Under the pieces are notes generated by a model. It did not search any database and was not told the origin of the DNA. It worked only from the letters and a program-made list of their open reading frames with translations. From Eledone cirrhosa (taxonomy: Eukaryota), in the NCBI GenBank assembly GCA_964016885.1, contig OZ024743.1, positions 186,248,001-186,312,000 on the forward strand: a stretch of 64,000 nucleotides of DNA, given 5' to 3'. The translations under genes and the position numbers were made by a program. Shown in pieces: positions 1 through 13,282 of the stretch (its first letter is position 1; each line of letters begins with the position of its first letter).

Positions 1-386
1 TTTAACCATCCCTGGAAACTTTTTGAGACAGTACCTAGTGCGCCTATGACAATCGGGACCACTTTGACTTCATGGCAGTTCCAAATCCTTTTTACCTCCC
101 ACTTTAAGTCCTGGTATCGGTTAATTTTCTCCCTCTCCTTCTCTTGCACCCTCGTGTCGAATGGGCAGGCCACATCCACAATCAGGCACGATCTTTTTTC
201 CTTGTCCAAAACCACCAGGTCAGGTCTATTGTGTTCCAGTTTCTTGTCCGTCTGTATCCTAAAATCTCACAGGACCTTCACCTGATCGTTTTCTATCACC
301 GACTCTGGCTTATGCTCATACCACTTCTCAGAATGTGGTAAATTGTTTACTTTGCATAGGTGCCAGTGGATCACCCTGCCCATCAC
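1..386 (-). mobile_element. 5'-truncated R4/Dong retrotransposon copy (same family as 3863-7478), running off the left edge
   Basis: 1-386 closely matches ~4029-4414 (RLE region) with scattered substitutions. Homology stops at the TAA tract at 387. Confidence 0.9.
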
Positions 387-402
387 TATTATTATTATTA
401 TT
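387..402 (-). repeat. (TAA)n junction between two Dong elements
   Basis: tattattattattatt lies between the 3' UTR of one element and the truncated 5' end of the next. Confidence 0.9.
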
Positions 403-3400
403 TGCATTTATCTTGCTTTATGTTTATACGAGTTATCACCAAGTCACAACCAGTGACCTCAAGAGACAACAAGGTCCGCCATGTTCAAGAAAGAACATAC
501 ATATTCACACATGCATCCTTAGTGTTTAGACTTGTGATGTACTTATATTGACAGGATCTTCCTTAGTATATGGGCAGTTCCCATTAGTACTATCTTTTGT
601 ATTTCTCCTATACGCGGGTTTCCTGGGATTTGCGATAAGTAGTCGTTAGACCCCTTAGGTATCATTCCCAGAGCGCCTACAACCACTGGTATTGTTTTAG
701 TTCTCAATTTCCACATTTTTCCAATTTCTATCTCCAGGTCCTTATACTTGCTCAATTTTTCAAATGTTTTTATAGATACATTCTTGTCTATTGGAACAGA
801 CATATCAATTAGCAGGCATACCCTCCTTTGAAAGTCCTTCAATATTATATCAGGTCTATTTGCATCTATTTTTCGGTCTGTTTGGATGCTAAAGTTCCAC
901 AAGATTGAGATGTGATCTTTTTCAAGTATGGGAGGTGGTTGATGCTCCCACCAATTCTTTTGATGGGGCAGGTCAAAATGCTTACACATTATCCAATGTA
1001 TGTATTGTGCAGCTCTGTCATGCCTGTTTAGGTATTCGGTTGGAGCTATAGGACTGCACATTGAAATTATATGGTCAATGGTCTCTGGTTGTTTTTTGCA
1101 TACACGGCATAATGGGCTGCACCCATTTTTTATTATGTTGGCTTGGTAATTTTTTGTTAGCAGACACTGATCTTGTGCGGATATAATCAGTCCTTCAGTC
1201 TCCGATTTCAGTCCAGAGGATGCCAACCACTGATGGGTTAAAGTTTTGTCAACATCAGGATTGTTAGCTCGCTCTGGGTATTTTCCATACAGAGGCTTTT
1301 CTTGCCATTTCTTAGCCAGTTTCTGTAGCAGTTCTTTCTTTGCAGTTACTTTTACCTGCTTTGCTTTTTCTGTGTTTTCCATTTCAGCAGTAAATGGGAC
1401 TTCTGAAATTTGTAGTCCATTACTGTATCTTTGTGCATCTTTTGTAATGGAATATGATCTTTTGGTGCTTTCGTGTTTCAAAACGAGTTTGATCATCCAA
1501 TCATGTGATTCCCTTAGATATGTGGATAATCCAATTGTTGCAGTTTTCAACGCAATGTCTAACTGGATTAACCCACGTCCTCCTTCTTTCCTAGGGAGAT
1601 ATATTCTATCTATGTCTGCCTTAGGGTGATGCATTCTGTGCATGGTTAAGAATTTTCGGATTTTTGTATCGAGCCTACGGATCTCTGTGCTTGACCAGTT
1701 GATGACATTGTAACTGTAGGTTACTACTGGTATGGCAAGCGTGTTTATGGCATCGATCCTATTCCTTGCATTCAATTCCGTTCTTAAGATTGCTCTGACT
1801 CTGCGGTAACATTCCTTCCTTATCCTTTCCCTCATTGTCGAGTGCTTGATTCCGTCTCCTTCACAAACACCTAGATATTTGTAAGTTTGTTCTTGATCAA
1901 TCTCTCTTATCACGTTCCCCCGATCAAGATTAATGTCTGAACTCTTCAGCAGCTTTCCTCTGGTGAACGTTGCTTTGGTGCATTTATCCAGTCCAAACTC
2001 CATTTTAATGTCATCACTGAACTGCTTCACAGTGGATAATAGCCCTTGCAATTGTTCATCATTTTTTGCAAATAGTTTCAGGTCATCCATGTAGAACAGG
2101 TGATTAATGGTTTTGTCATAGACTCTATATCCATGTTTTGTTTCATTGAGCATTTTACTTAATGGTATAAGTGCGATGCAGAATAAAAGCGGTGATAAAG
2201 AGTCACCCTGAAAAATTCCACAATTAATGTTAACTTCTCCAGCTTCCAGTGATTTTGTTTCACTATTCAAAAGGAGTGTCGTTCTCCATGTCCTCATACT
2301 GAATGACAAAAACCTCCTGACAACGGGGGATATTTTGAAAATCTCTAAACATTTTTCAATCCAACTGTGTGGCAAACTATCAAATGCTTTTTTATAATCT
2401 ATCCAAGCAATCGATAGATTTTTGTGTCTATTATGACAATCTTCCAGTATCATTTTGTTAACCAGAAGCTGATCCTTACAGCCATATGAGCCTCGTTTAC
2501 ACCCTTTCTGCTCAATGGGAAATAGGTCATTTGTTATCAGGTGGTCATATGTGTATTCAGTTAGGACTGATGTTAAAATTTTATACATTGTGGTCAAGCA
2601 GGTTATCGGTCTGTAATTTTTGGGATTGTTTGTCTCATCATTCTTCGGTAGCAGGAATGTAATGCCGTTAACTAGCCATGATGGTATCTTTTCTGGCTCC
2701 TTAACTATTTCATTGTAAAGTTGGGCTAACAGCTCATGAGACTCTGTGAAGGCATTTATCCCAAAGTTTTGTATTTTGTCTTTTCCTGGGGATTTCCATT
2801 TGCTGGTTTTTCTTAGAGCCAAGCGCAGCTGTTCAACTGTTATATTTTCCCATGTTTGTTCTTCAAGGTGAGCTGTTTCTTTCATTTGTCTGTCTATCCA
2901 TGGGGCATGTATGTTATGAACTTTTTCTTCGGCCCAGATCTTTTCCCAGAATTCTTGCACTTCCTCCTTGGGTGGTATTGATTTAGCAGTTATTGTTGAC
3001 TTACCAATTTTTCTGTAGAAGTTTCTTTGGTTGTTTTTGAACATATTATTGTCCTTATAGAATCTAGATCGTTTTTCAAAGCGCCTTATACGAGCAGCTT
3101 TGGCCGACATTTTTTGCTTGATTGTTTCTATCAGCATGTCTATGTCACATGTTGATCTTATACTGTACTTTTTTTTCAATTTTCTAAGTTTAGTTTGTTT
3201 AACATGTTCACCTACTTTATAGTTTGTTAAAATTTCTATGTCAGATCGGAGAAGGTTTATTTGGCGATTGATGTTATCTTGCCAAGTAGATTTCTTGTGG
3301 GAATTCCTTTGTTTTTTCATCTTCACTCCACATAAGTGAGTGGTGACTTTAGCCGATGCATAATAGAGATGATTTAAGTTAGTAATGTTTAGTTTGTTTG

Positions 3401-3823
3401 TGATGATAATGTTTTTGAGAATTATGTTAGTCTTGTGTATTATCTTTTGGTTCTGTTTGGAGTTCTGGATCTTAGGGAGGGTGTCTCGTTCCCCCATGTC
3501 AGATTCTTTCATTTTCATCCATTCGATCATAATTTCATCCTTCAAGTTGGCAAGTTCATTCTCATTCATTTCTTTATCATTTACGATCTCATTATTTTCA
3601 TTTGGAGTTTCATCCTGAGCATGCACTCCCTCCACTTTTTCGCTCCTTTCTTTAATTTGTTCTGTTGCCAGTGATTCCGCCCCAACTCTGGGATTCGAAG
3701 TGTTACAGTTTACCTCGTTTTCACTGACACATGCTTCATTTTCCCTTCGCTGACTTTGTGCTACTAGCTTGATCTGATCAATTTCTATATCAGTTAGTAA
3801 CTTTTTTCTTACAATATTTCTTC

Positions 3824-3824
<1 letters not shown>
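403..3824 (-). mobile_element. R4/Dong-clade non-LTR retrotransposon, family A, 5'-truncated, with ~140-bp 3' UTR
   Basis: Single RT+RLE ORF flanked by (TAA)n on both sides. Confidence 0.92.
543..3824 (-). CDS. RT + CCHC + restriction-like endonuclease polyprotein, uninterrupted but lacking its N-terminus
   Basis: Motifs NYRPITCL, WIDYKKAFDS, GIFQGDSLSP, YMDDLK, CRVC..H...C, RPD..IDMSVP..KYKDL. The frame appears open upstream of the listed start at 3635 up to the TAA tract (RRNIVRKKLLTDIEIDQIK). Confidence 0.9.

Positions 3825-3862
<38 letters not shown>
3825..3862 (-). repeat. (TAA)~13 junction between Dong families B and A
   Basis: Pure ttattatta tract. Confidence 0.95.
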
Positions 3863-3863
<1 letters not shown>

Positions 3864-6800
3864 CTTGAATCTCAGTCATTGATGTTAGTTAACTGGAAAG
3901 TCCGTTGGAATGAATATCAAGCCACTACCTGCAGCCTCAGATATTCAGGACGTATCGGAGGGTTCTTGCTGTTCCCAGCAAGCATGCCTTTTGAAGCGTT
4001 CCAAAAAGCGTGAAGGGGCCGATTTTCTTTAACCATCCCTGGAAACTTTTGGAGATAGTCCCCAGTGCGCCTATGACAATCGGGATCACTTTGACTTCAT
4101 GGCAGTTCCAAATCCTTTTTACCTCCCACTTTAAGTCCTGGTATCGGTTAATTTTCTCCCTCTCCTTCTCTTGCACTCTCGTGTCGAATGGGCAGGCCAC
4201 ATCCACAATCAGACACGATCTTTTTTCTTTGTCCACAACCACCAGGTCAGGTCTATTGTGTTCCAGTTTCTTGTCCGTCTGTATCCTAAAATCCCACAGC
4301 ACCTTCACCTGATCGTTCTCCATCACCGCCTCTGGCCTATGCTCATACCATTTCTCAGAATGTGGTAAATTGTTTACTTTGCACAGGTGCCAGTGGATCA
4401 CCCTGCCTATCACATCATGTCTCCAGCCCTTATAGTGGGTCTGGGCTAGGTGTTTACACTCGAATACAATGTGAGCCACAGTCTCCTCTCTCTCTCCACA
4501 GATCCTGCACAGTGGGCTAGCCTCCTCCTTGTAAATATGGTGTTTCAACCACTTCGTTTTGAGGGCCTGCTCCTGCGCAGCCATTAACATTCCTTCTGTA
4601 GCCTTTTTAAGGTCTCCTCTCCTCAACCAGTTCCATGTCTGTGGATCTCTAAATTCAGTTTTCTCAAAGAAGGTACTATGAAGGGATTTTTCCTGAAGGC
4701 TGCTCTTTCTCCTTGATGTTATTTCCTCCTTGGACATCCCCTGGCATATTGTCCCCTCCTTCAGTACAGTTCTGAGCATTGGCTCCTTACTATCAGTCAC
4801 GTATTTGTGTAGGTTGTTTTTCTCCATCTGAACACAGTCCTCTATGCTGATAAGACCTCTTCCACCCTCAGATCTCCTTAGGTAGAGTCTATCGACATCA
4901 CTCCTCTTGTGGAACATGTTGTAGATAGTCAATAGCTTCCTAGTCTTCCTATCCATTTCTTTTTGTTCAGCAACATTCCATCTCAGAATTCCCGCACTGT
5001 ACCTAATAATAGACACAGCTCGGGAATTTACTGCGCTTATGGCATTTCTGCTGTTCAGATGTGACTTCAATACGCTCCTTACTCTCCGAATGTATTCAGT
5101 TCTTAACAATTCCTTCATTTTTTTGTTCTTTATGCCATCAGTCTCCAGAACGCCCAAATACTTGTATCCTTCCTCAGAGTCAATTTCCTTTATCATCTCA
5201 CCTGTTGGTATCTGGATTCCGTTACTTCTGCTCAACCTACCCCTCCTCATCACAATGACTCCACACTTACTAATACCAAACTGCATACATATATCACTGC
5301 TGAAAATACGGACAGTGTCAACAAGCACATCCAACTCCTTCTCACTCTTCCCGAAGAGCTTAAGATCGTCCATGAAGATGAGGTGATTGATGGTAAGCCC
5401 TCCCTTTCCCAACCCGTATCCTGCTCTCACTTTTCGCAGTACACTGGTCAGGGGCATCAGGGCAAGGACAAACAACAGAGGGGACAGGCTATCTCCCTGG
5501 AAGATACCTCTCTTGATCTTCACGCTTCCCAAGGATTCTCCAGCTGATGTCAACTTTGTTTCCCAGGACCTCATACTCTTGCCCAACAACTGTCTGATGT
5601 TATCTGCCACCTTGAAGATCTCCAGGCTTTTGGTGATCCAAGAATGTGGCACCATGTCAAATGCCTTTCTGTAGTCTATCCATCCCATGGCAAGATCAGT
5701 GTGTCTCCTCCTGCAATTCCCCATTACCATCTTATCAATAAGTAACTGGTCCTTTGTACCACGTGACTTCTTTCGGCATCCTTTCTGTTCGTCCGGTAAC
5801 AAGTTGTTTGTGTGGAGGTGATGGTAGATTTCCTCAGACACAATGCTCGTCAACAGTTTCCACATTACGGACAGACATGTGATAGGTCTATAGTTGGTAA
5901 CATCATTACCCTTGATTCGGTCTTTCATTATCAGAACTGTGGTACCTTTTGTCAACCACTCTGGTACCTCACCTGACATCAAGCAGTCATTGAACATGGT
6001 TGTCAGTTTCGGGTGGAGGGATGTTATACTTTTAATCCAATACCCCTGCACACCATCTGGGCCTGGTGATTTCCAGTTGATTAGTTTTTTGGCCTGCCCC
6101 TTAAGAGTTTCAACTGTGATACTCAAATCAGTTTGTTGGTGTGCCTGCTCACCGATCTCCCTCTGTACTGTCTCAATCCACCCTGCCTGGTCATTATGTC
6201 TAACATCCTGCTCCCATATTCCTCTCCAGAATGTTTAAATTTGTTCCGCCTCAGGGATCAAGTCGTTGCCTCTTTCTTTCCCCTCAAGCTGTCCAAACAA
6301 CATCTTCTGGTTGTTGTCGAACATGCGGTTCTGTTTATACTGACTGACTCTGTTCTCGTATCGCCTGATTTTTGCACTCTTTGCTACAATGCGTTACTTC
6401 AGTTCCTCTATGATAATATTTAGCTTTTTCCTCCTAGTTTTGTACTTTATTTCCAGTCTATTTTTAGTGCCTATGTTTTTTAGTGTCCCATTCAGTAGTG
6501 ACTCAAGCTTTCCAATGTCATTTCTCATTTCCCCGATTTGACCACTCAGTCGTTTCTTTCACCAAGGCTCTGCTCTTTCTTGTCTGTTGTTTCCTCTCGC
6601 TTTTATACCAAGTAGTTTCCTCGCCGTATTTGCTGTTGCTTTGAGGATATTGTTGCACTGGTGAAGGCTCCTAGCCTCAAGGTATGGGATGACTTTGTTT
6701 ACCTTAGCTGTTGTTTCTTTTAACTTTTTCCTGTCTACAAATCTTAGGTTCATAGGTCTCCCACTATCATTGTTCAATTCATCTACCACTAAATTTAGGA

Positions 6801-7478
6801 TGTCAACCGAATCTTGTCCTAGCCCGTCAGCATTCATCTCCTCAGTGGCCGTATCTCTGTTCCAGGTATTATTTATCTCAGTATTCAGATCATTGTCTGC
6901 TTCGGGTGGTTCCTCCGTTCTCTCGACCTCTTCACCTTCATTTCCCACTGGCTCGTTTGCCTGGCATACTCCACCCTCCATCTCCAAGCTAATCTCTCTG
7001 CTCAGTTCCTCCAGTTCCAGCTCGCTTATCCACCCATTAGTTCTTATTACCCGAGCCTGCCCGGCCAATTTTTGTTCATCTAATTTAAATAGACCAATCT
7101 CGTTCCAGATGTTATGCATCCGTCTCCTATAGCCCCTCTCCTTGGGGTTACTTTTCAGGTAACATTGCATAACAGTTCTATTCAATTCTTTCGTCCAGTT
7201 GGCTCTGGTCCCCTTCTTCTTCTTCCTCCTACACCAGCAGTATTTGGTTGACAGCCAGGTTCCTGCTGCTGAGCCAGGGAGCACCTGTTGGGTGAGAGTC
7301 TGTCACATGACGTTCTAGTCTCCATTTCACCGTTATTCGAACTGTTTAGGTTCGATATTTAAACACTCTTATCGAGGATTGGCGAATGTATGGTTACATA
7401 ACCATCTGTGGATCACCGTCTCCGGTGGTTGCGCCGCTCCACTTGGCTCTTGTGTGGCATTATCACCACGCTGTAGAC
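3863..7478 (-). mobile_element. R4/Dong-clade retrotransposon, family B, near full length
   Basis: N-terminal ORF 6559-7284, RT/RLE ORF 3937-6126 (FMDDLK, CRICGERE..H...C, RPD..VDVACP), short 3' UTR and (TAA)n tail. The 5' end is approximate. Confidence 0.88.
3937..7284 (-). pseudogene. Disrupted single ORF of Dong family B
   Basis: Manual translation of 6126-6560 continues homology to family A (AKSAKIRRYENR vs AKAARIRRFEKR) through in-frame stops near 6560, 6396 and 6237 and a frameshift near 6300. Confidence 0.82.
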
Positions 7479-9131
7479 GAACACAAATAAACAAACAAAC
7501 AAACAGGCAGAAAAAACCCCCCAAAATGAATAAGCATAAGTTTCATTGTAATGTAATGTTCGAATGTCTGACTTAGTTTTTCCCTTCTCTTCTCTGTCCG
7601 TCCGCTTGTTTCTCTCTTCATTCTTATTTTCTTTACGTTTTTTTTTTGTTTTTGTTTTTCTCTGTTTGTTTTTCTCTTTTTTTGTTGTTGTTGCTGTGCT
7701 GCTTTGGTTTTGATGTTTGTTTTTTCTTTTGAGTCTATCTATATATTTTGATGCCTTCCTCTTTTTTAGTAGGAATTCTATAATGTGGTGGCAGCAACTA
7801 GCAGGAAGCAATGGGAGAGAATAGCGGCGGTAACGATACTGAGACAGTGGTGGTGGTGATGTCGATACTGAGGCAGTGGTGGTGGTGATGTGATCGTATT
7901 ACTGTAGTGATGGTGTTGTAGCGGTGGTAGCAATGAAGGAGTGGTGGCGGCGGTGATGGGATAGTGGTAGTAATGATGGCAGTGGTGGTGATGTGATCGT
8001 ATTACTGTAGTGATGGTGTTGTAGCGGTGGTGGCGGTAATGGGATAGTGGTAGTAATGATGGATGGGCGGCGTTGTCGTTACTAATGTCCGTTCGGTGAA
8101 TCTATGGGGTTAGTCGCGTACATGTGTTGACATAAATTCCCTTAATGTTGGAATTAAACATTTTGTTAAAACTTGGGACAATAATAATAGTATTTATTAT
8201 TATCATTATTATGTTGAGATTGGTTGTGGTGGTGGTGAAATTGCCGTTATCTGGCTGTTGTGTTTAGTGTACACAGAGAGGTGATGGGGTAGGTGGTGTA
8301 TCTAGTTTCTGGTGTTGGTGAGATTGGTGTTGTTTGGCTGTTCTATATAGTGTAGACAGAGGAGGGGGAGGGGTCTTCTTCTTCCATTTATAGCCATTTT
8401 CTTTTTTGAATATACAATGTACAGTACAAAGTTGAATATTTGAATATTTGAGCCTTATAACAATATATTTTGGGTCCGAATTTTTTTTGGGCTCATTATT
8501 ATTATTATTATTATTATTATATTTTAAAAAACTGGTGTTGTTCATTTATAATCCGTAACTTAGTAGTTCAACAAATAGAAATTGATAAAATAAATAGCAG
8601 ATTTCAAAACAAGTACAGGGTTCTGTATGATCAACTAACAAGTCAAAGAAGTGCCCCAGTATGTTTGCAGTCCAAAGACTGAAACCTATAATAAAAAAAA
8701 ATAATTAAAGAATAACAGACGAAAACTTATCAGCTTTCCTCTTTTGGGACTTCTTAATATTTGTCATAAATCTAGTTCTGAAATTCACAAAATTTTGTAC
8801 TTCATTCTAGAGCTTCCTGAAAACTTATGTAGTCTGACTTTGGTTTACTATAAATCATGATTTTCATTTAATCAAGAATTTTCCAGTGCAATTCTGTTAT
8901 TTTTGTAATTACTGTATTATTAATGTAACTATTGCTTTCTATATCATTCCATGTGTATTAATTGTTGTTGAAAATTCAGGTAGTAATTGTTCATTGTGTT
9001 TACATATACAATGACAATACATTTAATTGAATTGAATTGAAAAGCACATACAAAATATCTTTTATATCTCACTTTTAATAAATGAAAGACAGACATTTGA
9101 CTCATGACATCATATAAACTTTATTTATGCT

Positions 9132-9321
9132 TAAAAATAAAAATAAAAATAAAAATAAAAATAAAAATAAAAATAAAAATAAAAATAAAAATAAAAATAA
9201 AAATAAAAATAAAAATAAAAATAAAAATAAAAATAAAAATAAAAATAAAAATAAAAATAAAAATAAAAATAAAAATAAAAATAAAAATAAAAATAAAAAT
9301 AAAAATAAAAATAAAAATAAA
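9132..9321 (+). repeat. (TAAAAA)~31 microsatellite
   Basis: Perfect hexamer tract. Confidence 0.97.
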
Positions 9322-9695
9322 CAAAATTCAAATATAATTCAAATACCATAATAGTTACAAATTTACTGATATTTACTAATTCAGTTAGAATGATTCCTCA
9401 ATTCTCTATTATTATTAAGAATTGACCAAAATATGAGAGGTCAATTGAAGCTATGAATTTGAGTAAATGACTTTATTTACAGTTTAATTAAATGTTGCAG
9501 AAGACATTAATTAACAGAACAAAATCATTATTGCCAACCATCAGTAGGAAGTTTTAGGAACATGGATATCAATCTGGATCAAATTACAAAACTAGATAGA
9601 GATTCTCTTCTGTTATTGTTTCTCTGTTTCTAGAAGTTAACTCTCTTTCTACTACTTTATCAAGTTTACAAACTGTCTGTGTGGTACCATATATA

Positions 9696-9889
9696 CAGGG
9701 TGACCACAAAGACACTCCTTGATTTAAAATACTTATAATATCAAAACTTAAATGAATATTCTTACAATATTAGTGGTTACAGTTTCTTTCCTCATTTGCA
9801 GAATTGACTCGGTCTGCTAGATGGCAGTGTAATTCAAGATGGCATTCACTCCAAAACAACGTAGCTGGCTTGTTTTTGTGGTCACCCTG
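9696..9889 (+). mobile_element. Tc1/mariner-derived MITE (internally deleted)
   Basis: TIRs cagggtgaccacaaa / tttgtggtcaccctg, each flanked by TA. Confidence 0.8.
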
Positions 9890-10790
9890 TACTATAATCT
9901 GACCTCACTATTTTATGTCCGAGAAATGGGCAAAATTCCAAACCTTATTTATGTAAAATTTGAAGTTGGGGAAAACCGTCAAAATATTGATCCCGAATAT
10001 AAGCCAACCCCTCCTTCTACCATCGATATTTTGGTTACATATTCCTTCGCTTATATTCAAGTATATACTGAAGATTTCTAGATAACAATTATATCAATAT
10101 TCTCTTATTGCCTTGCTTTCTGCGTAAGACCCACTAACACTATCCAACAGATCTTAAACTGGACACACCACCTTGGACTAATATTTTGTTTTATTGGCAT
10201 CAAAAGGATAAAAGGCGAAGTTAACCATGATAGGAGAGCTGGAGAAAATATTACAAGACATTTTATCCTATGTTAGTTCAAAATCTACATGGAAGATGTT
10301 ACTTTATATAGACTGTCTGGAAGACTTCAACCTAGCACTGCAAGCTAACAGATCCTTTATAAAATTTACAGTGATGATGTTATCCCCAACAGTGATGTAT
10401 ATAATTCTGGGCTATCTACTTTAAGCTAGGTGGAATTATTGTGACTTAAATGACATGAAGAAAGATACAATGCCATGATGGTGATAGGATATGAATCACC
10501 AATATCTTGACTGAGGTTTAGTACCCTAACAATTTATAAGTGCGTCTCTTCATTTTTGGTATGAGAAGGATAGAAGGTGGTACATTGACAGAATCATTAG
10601 TGCAGCAGATGAAATGCATTGCAGTATTTCATTATAGCTCTTTACATTCTGTGTTCAAATACCACTGGGCTTAATTTTATCTTTCATCTTTCTGAGGTTA
10701 ATAAAGTACAGTACCAATAAAGTACTAGGGAAGATTTAATTGACTTTTCCCTCCCCCAAATTGCTGGTCTTGTGTCTAAATTAGAAACCA

Positions 10791-11270
10791 CTAGCAGAAA
10801 AACCACCCTTCGGGTGGTTTTCTGCTAGCATGTGTAGTGTGTATATTAATATTATACGCAAGTATATATGCATGTAGATATGATTAAATCAAATAAAATC
10901 GTAATTGACACTATACACAGATATTGAACGAAGACTGCGTTACACTGTCTTATGTAATCAGTAACGTAATCCATGATACATTAAAAAAAGACGATATTAT
11001 ATATAAACTGCATTAGGAGAAAATTGGTGACAGAAATATATGAATGTTTATTTAAACGATCACTAACTGGAAGTGTTGACATTTGAACATTTTAAAGAAG
11101 TGAATCTTTAAATAATAAAATGTATTTAATGAACAGCCACGAAATTTAGTAGATAAATTATGTAATATTCATTCATTATTTATTCAAAGTAATCCAACTT
11201 ATTTTACTAATGGGATAAAAAATAATAAACCATACGCAGTCCTGCACTTCTTACTTTATTATAGTTTAGA
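10791..11270 (-). mobile_element. Non-autonomous Helitron
   Basis: Minus strand reads A|TCTAAACTATAATAAAG... and ends in the hairpin (accacccgaagggtggt) then CTAG|T. About 200 bp is homologous to 37070-37265. Confidence 0.78.
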
Positions 11271-11314
11271 TTATGTGAAGGATTAAAAAAAAAAGTTAAA
11301 AAAAAGCAACTCAC

Positions 11315-11393
11315 ATTTATTAATGCTTCGGCAGAGTTGGGACCGTTAGAATCCTTTGGTTGACATTCAGCTTGAAAGTCTGTGATGGTAAAA
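11315..11393 (-). CDS. CACNA2D: alpha-2/delta subunit exon (FTITDFQAECQPKDSNGPNSAEALIN)
   Basis: cag/gtgagt boundaries, phase-compatible with the previous exon, resembles the D-Y-Q-A-x-C motif of alpha2delta proteins. Confidence 0.85.
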
Positions 11394-13208
11394 CTGTCAA
11401 AGAAAATGGTGATTAGAATAATAATTCATATAATATGAGAAACATAATTTTCATGTTGTGGTTTCATCTGCAAGAAACAGCAGCCAAATTTCTTACATAT
11501 TGCATTTTGATATTTAAGAAAAAGGAAGATAATGACTAAAATAAAGCTTGGATCATGACAACTGGAATAATTTTAACATTCATGTGAAATACTCCGATAA
11601 TCATATTTGTTCATGCAAGAATCCAACTAAAATACTGTGTGTAGCCAACAAAGCACTATTTGTTTTTTAAATTTTCCATGCTGTTGCTCTGGTCTGGTAT
11701 GGTGGTATGGTATGGTTCCGTAACTTCTGGTGGAGTTGTTGGGGCAGTGTATGTCAAATCAGCAGGATTTGAACTTGGAGAGCAGAGAGTCAGAATGAAT
11801 ATCCAAAAGCACTCTATCCAACATTCTAATGAATTTGCTTACCCAATTTTTTTTGCACTTTATTCAAATTTTTCCCTTGTGTTTTTCTCACTTCAATAGA
11901 TGAGTAGAAAGCTTTCTGACTTTAGAGATACTATCAAATAATTGGAATTTTCTTCATCTAATGATGCTTAACAGTTTCCATTAAATTCCAATTCAAGCAG
12001 AATGTAATTATTGGTTTAGTGTTCGGTCTACCAGATTTTAAAAGACATGATCACGAGAATAAATGAGGGAACATCTACAGGTAGCAACAAAATTCTCTTC
12101 AAATCATACCATAACATTTTTTAATCATAGGTCTGCTTCATCAGAGCTAAGCTGGGGCTAAAACACAGGACTTCAGTGGTTATATACCACAAATGCTTTT
12201 ATACTTTTGATAATAGCATTTTAAAGTTTAGTTTTCAGTTATACACAGTGAGAATGATGAGAATACTATTTTATAACATACTGACAGTTAGGTTAAATGG
12301 GGCATGTAAAATAAAGTGTCATACCCAGGGATTCACTGGAGCAACTATTTCTTTTTAATAGCTAAGTCACAGAAGAAAGTTTTGCATGGGGTTTGAGACT
12401 AAGAGAAGGGAGGAAGGAACTTTTAACTGGAGACTTGGTTAGGTCAGAATAACTGAAACAAAGTGGACTCCATTAAAGACAACAAAGAGATATGAACTAA
12501 TGAACAGTGCATTGGTTGTCCAGATATTTTATTTATGACCTTCCTATAGTTATATTTTATTATTGTATGTATGAACCTGTAGTTGCTGTGGAGTTGTAGG
12601 GGTGTCATAGTGACATACTGTGTTTCTTGGGCATTCTACACCAAGCAGAACCCATTCCCTCTGTGAGAACTCATGTCAGAACACAGTCAATCTTTTTCAG
12701 AGAGAGAGGAAGTAAGAAAGAGATATAGAAGAAGAATCGACCCCAGTACTGGACTGGCACTGTATTTATTGTCCGTGAAAGGATGAAAGGCAAAGTTGAC
12801 CATAACAGAATTTGAACTGCGACTGCAGAGAGCTGGAATGAATACTGTAAAACAATTTATACAACATTCTACAACCCGTCTAAACCCATGCTAGTGCGGA
12901 AGATAGACGTTAAACAATGATGATGATGATGATGATGATGATTCTAATGACTGCAAATTTTCCACCTCAGTTTATCACTAAGTAGGATATATATTTAATT
13001 TCCTAGGTGACATGAAAAGGACAAAAAATATGCCAAATACAACTTCAAATGAAAATTAAAATATCTCATTTTATTATAGAGATATTTTATTTATATTTTA
13101 AAACCATTTTATTTAATTTATTTATGACTATATATTACATAAATAGAATAGCAATATTAAATTGCAGCTAGTTATGTTAAAAAATACTGATTTTTAAACA
13201 TTACTTAC

Positions 13209-13282
13209 TTATTGTATACTCGTCTGTTCCAGAGGTCTTCCATCACAATTGGTTCAAAAGCACTTCCAAGAAATAGACCTAC
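13209..13282 (-). CDS. CACNA2D: alpha-2/delta exon (VGLFLGSAFEPIVMEDLWNRRVYN)
   Basis: tttttcag/gtaagt boundaries, phase 0 to 2, resembles G-x-F-F-G...VM-x-x-L. Confidence 0.85.

Noticed and set aside
1246-7132. Plus-strand ORFs overlapping the Dong elements
   Set aside because: Antisense shadows of the retrotransposon ORFs.
7825-8065. GGT-rich duplicated block as coding sequence
   Set aside because: Low-complexity trinucleotide-derived sequence with a local duplication and no splice support.
9104-9351. KI/KN/FI/YF dipeptide ORFs, and likewise the poly-YI and poly-HT ORFs elsewhere
   Set aside because: Microsatellite translations.
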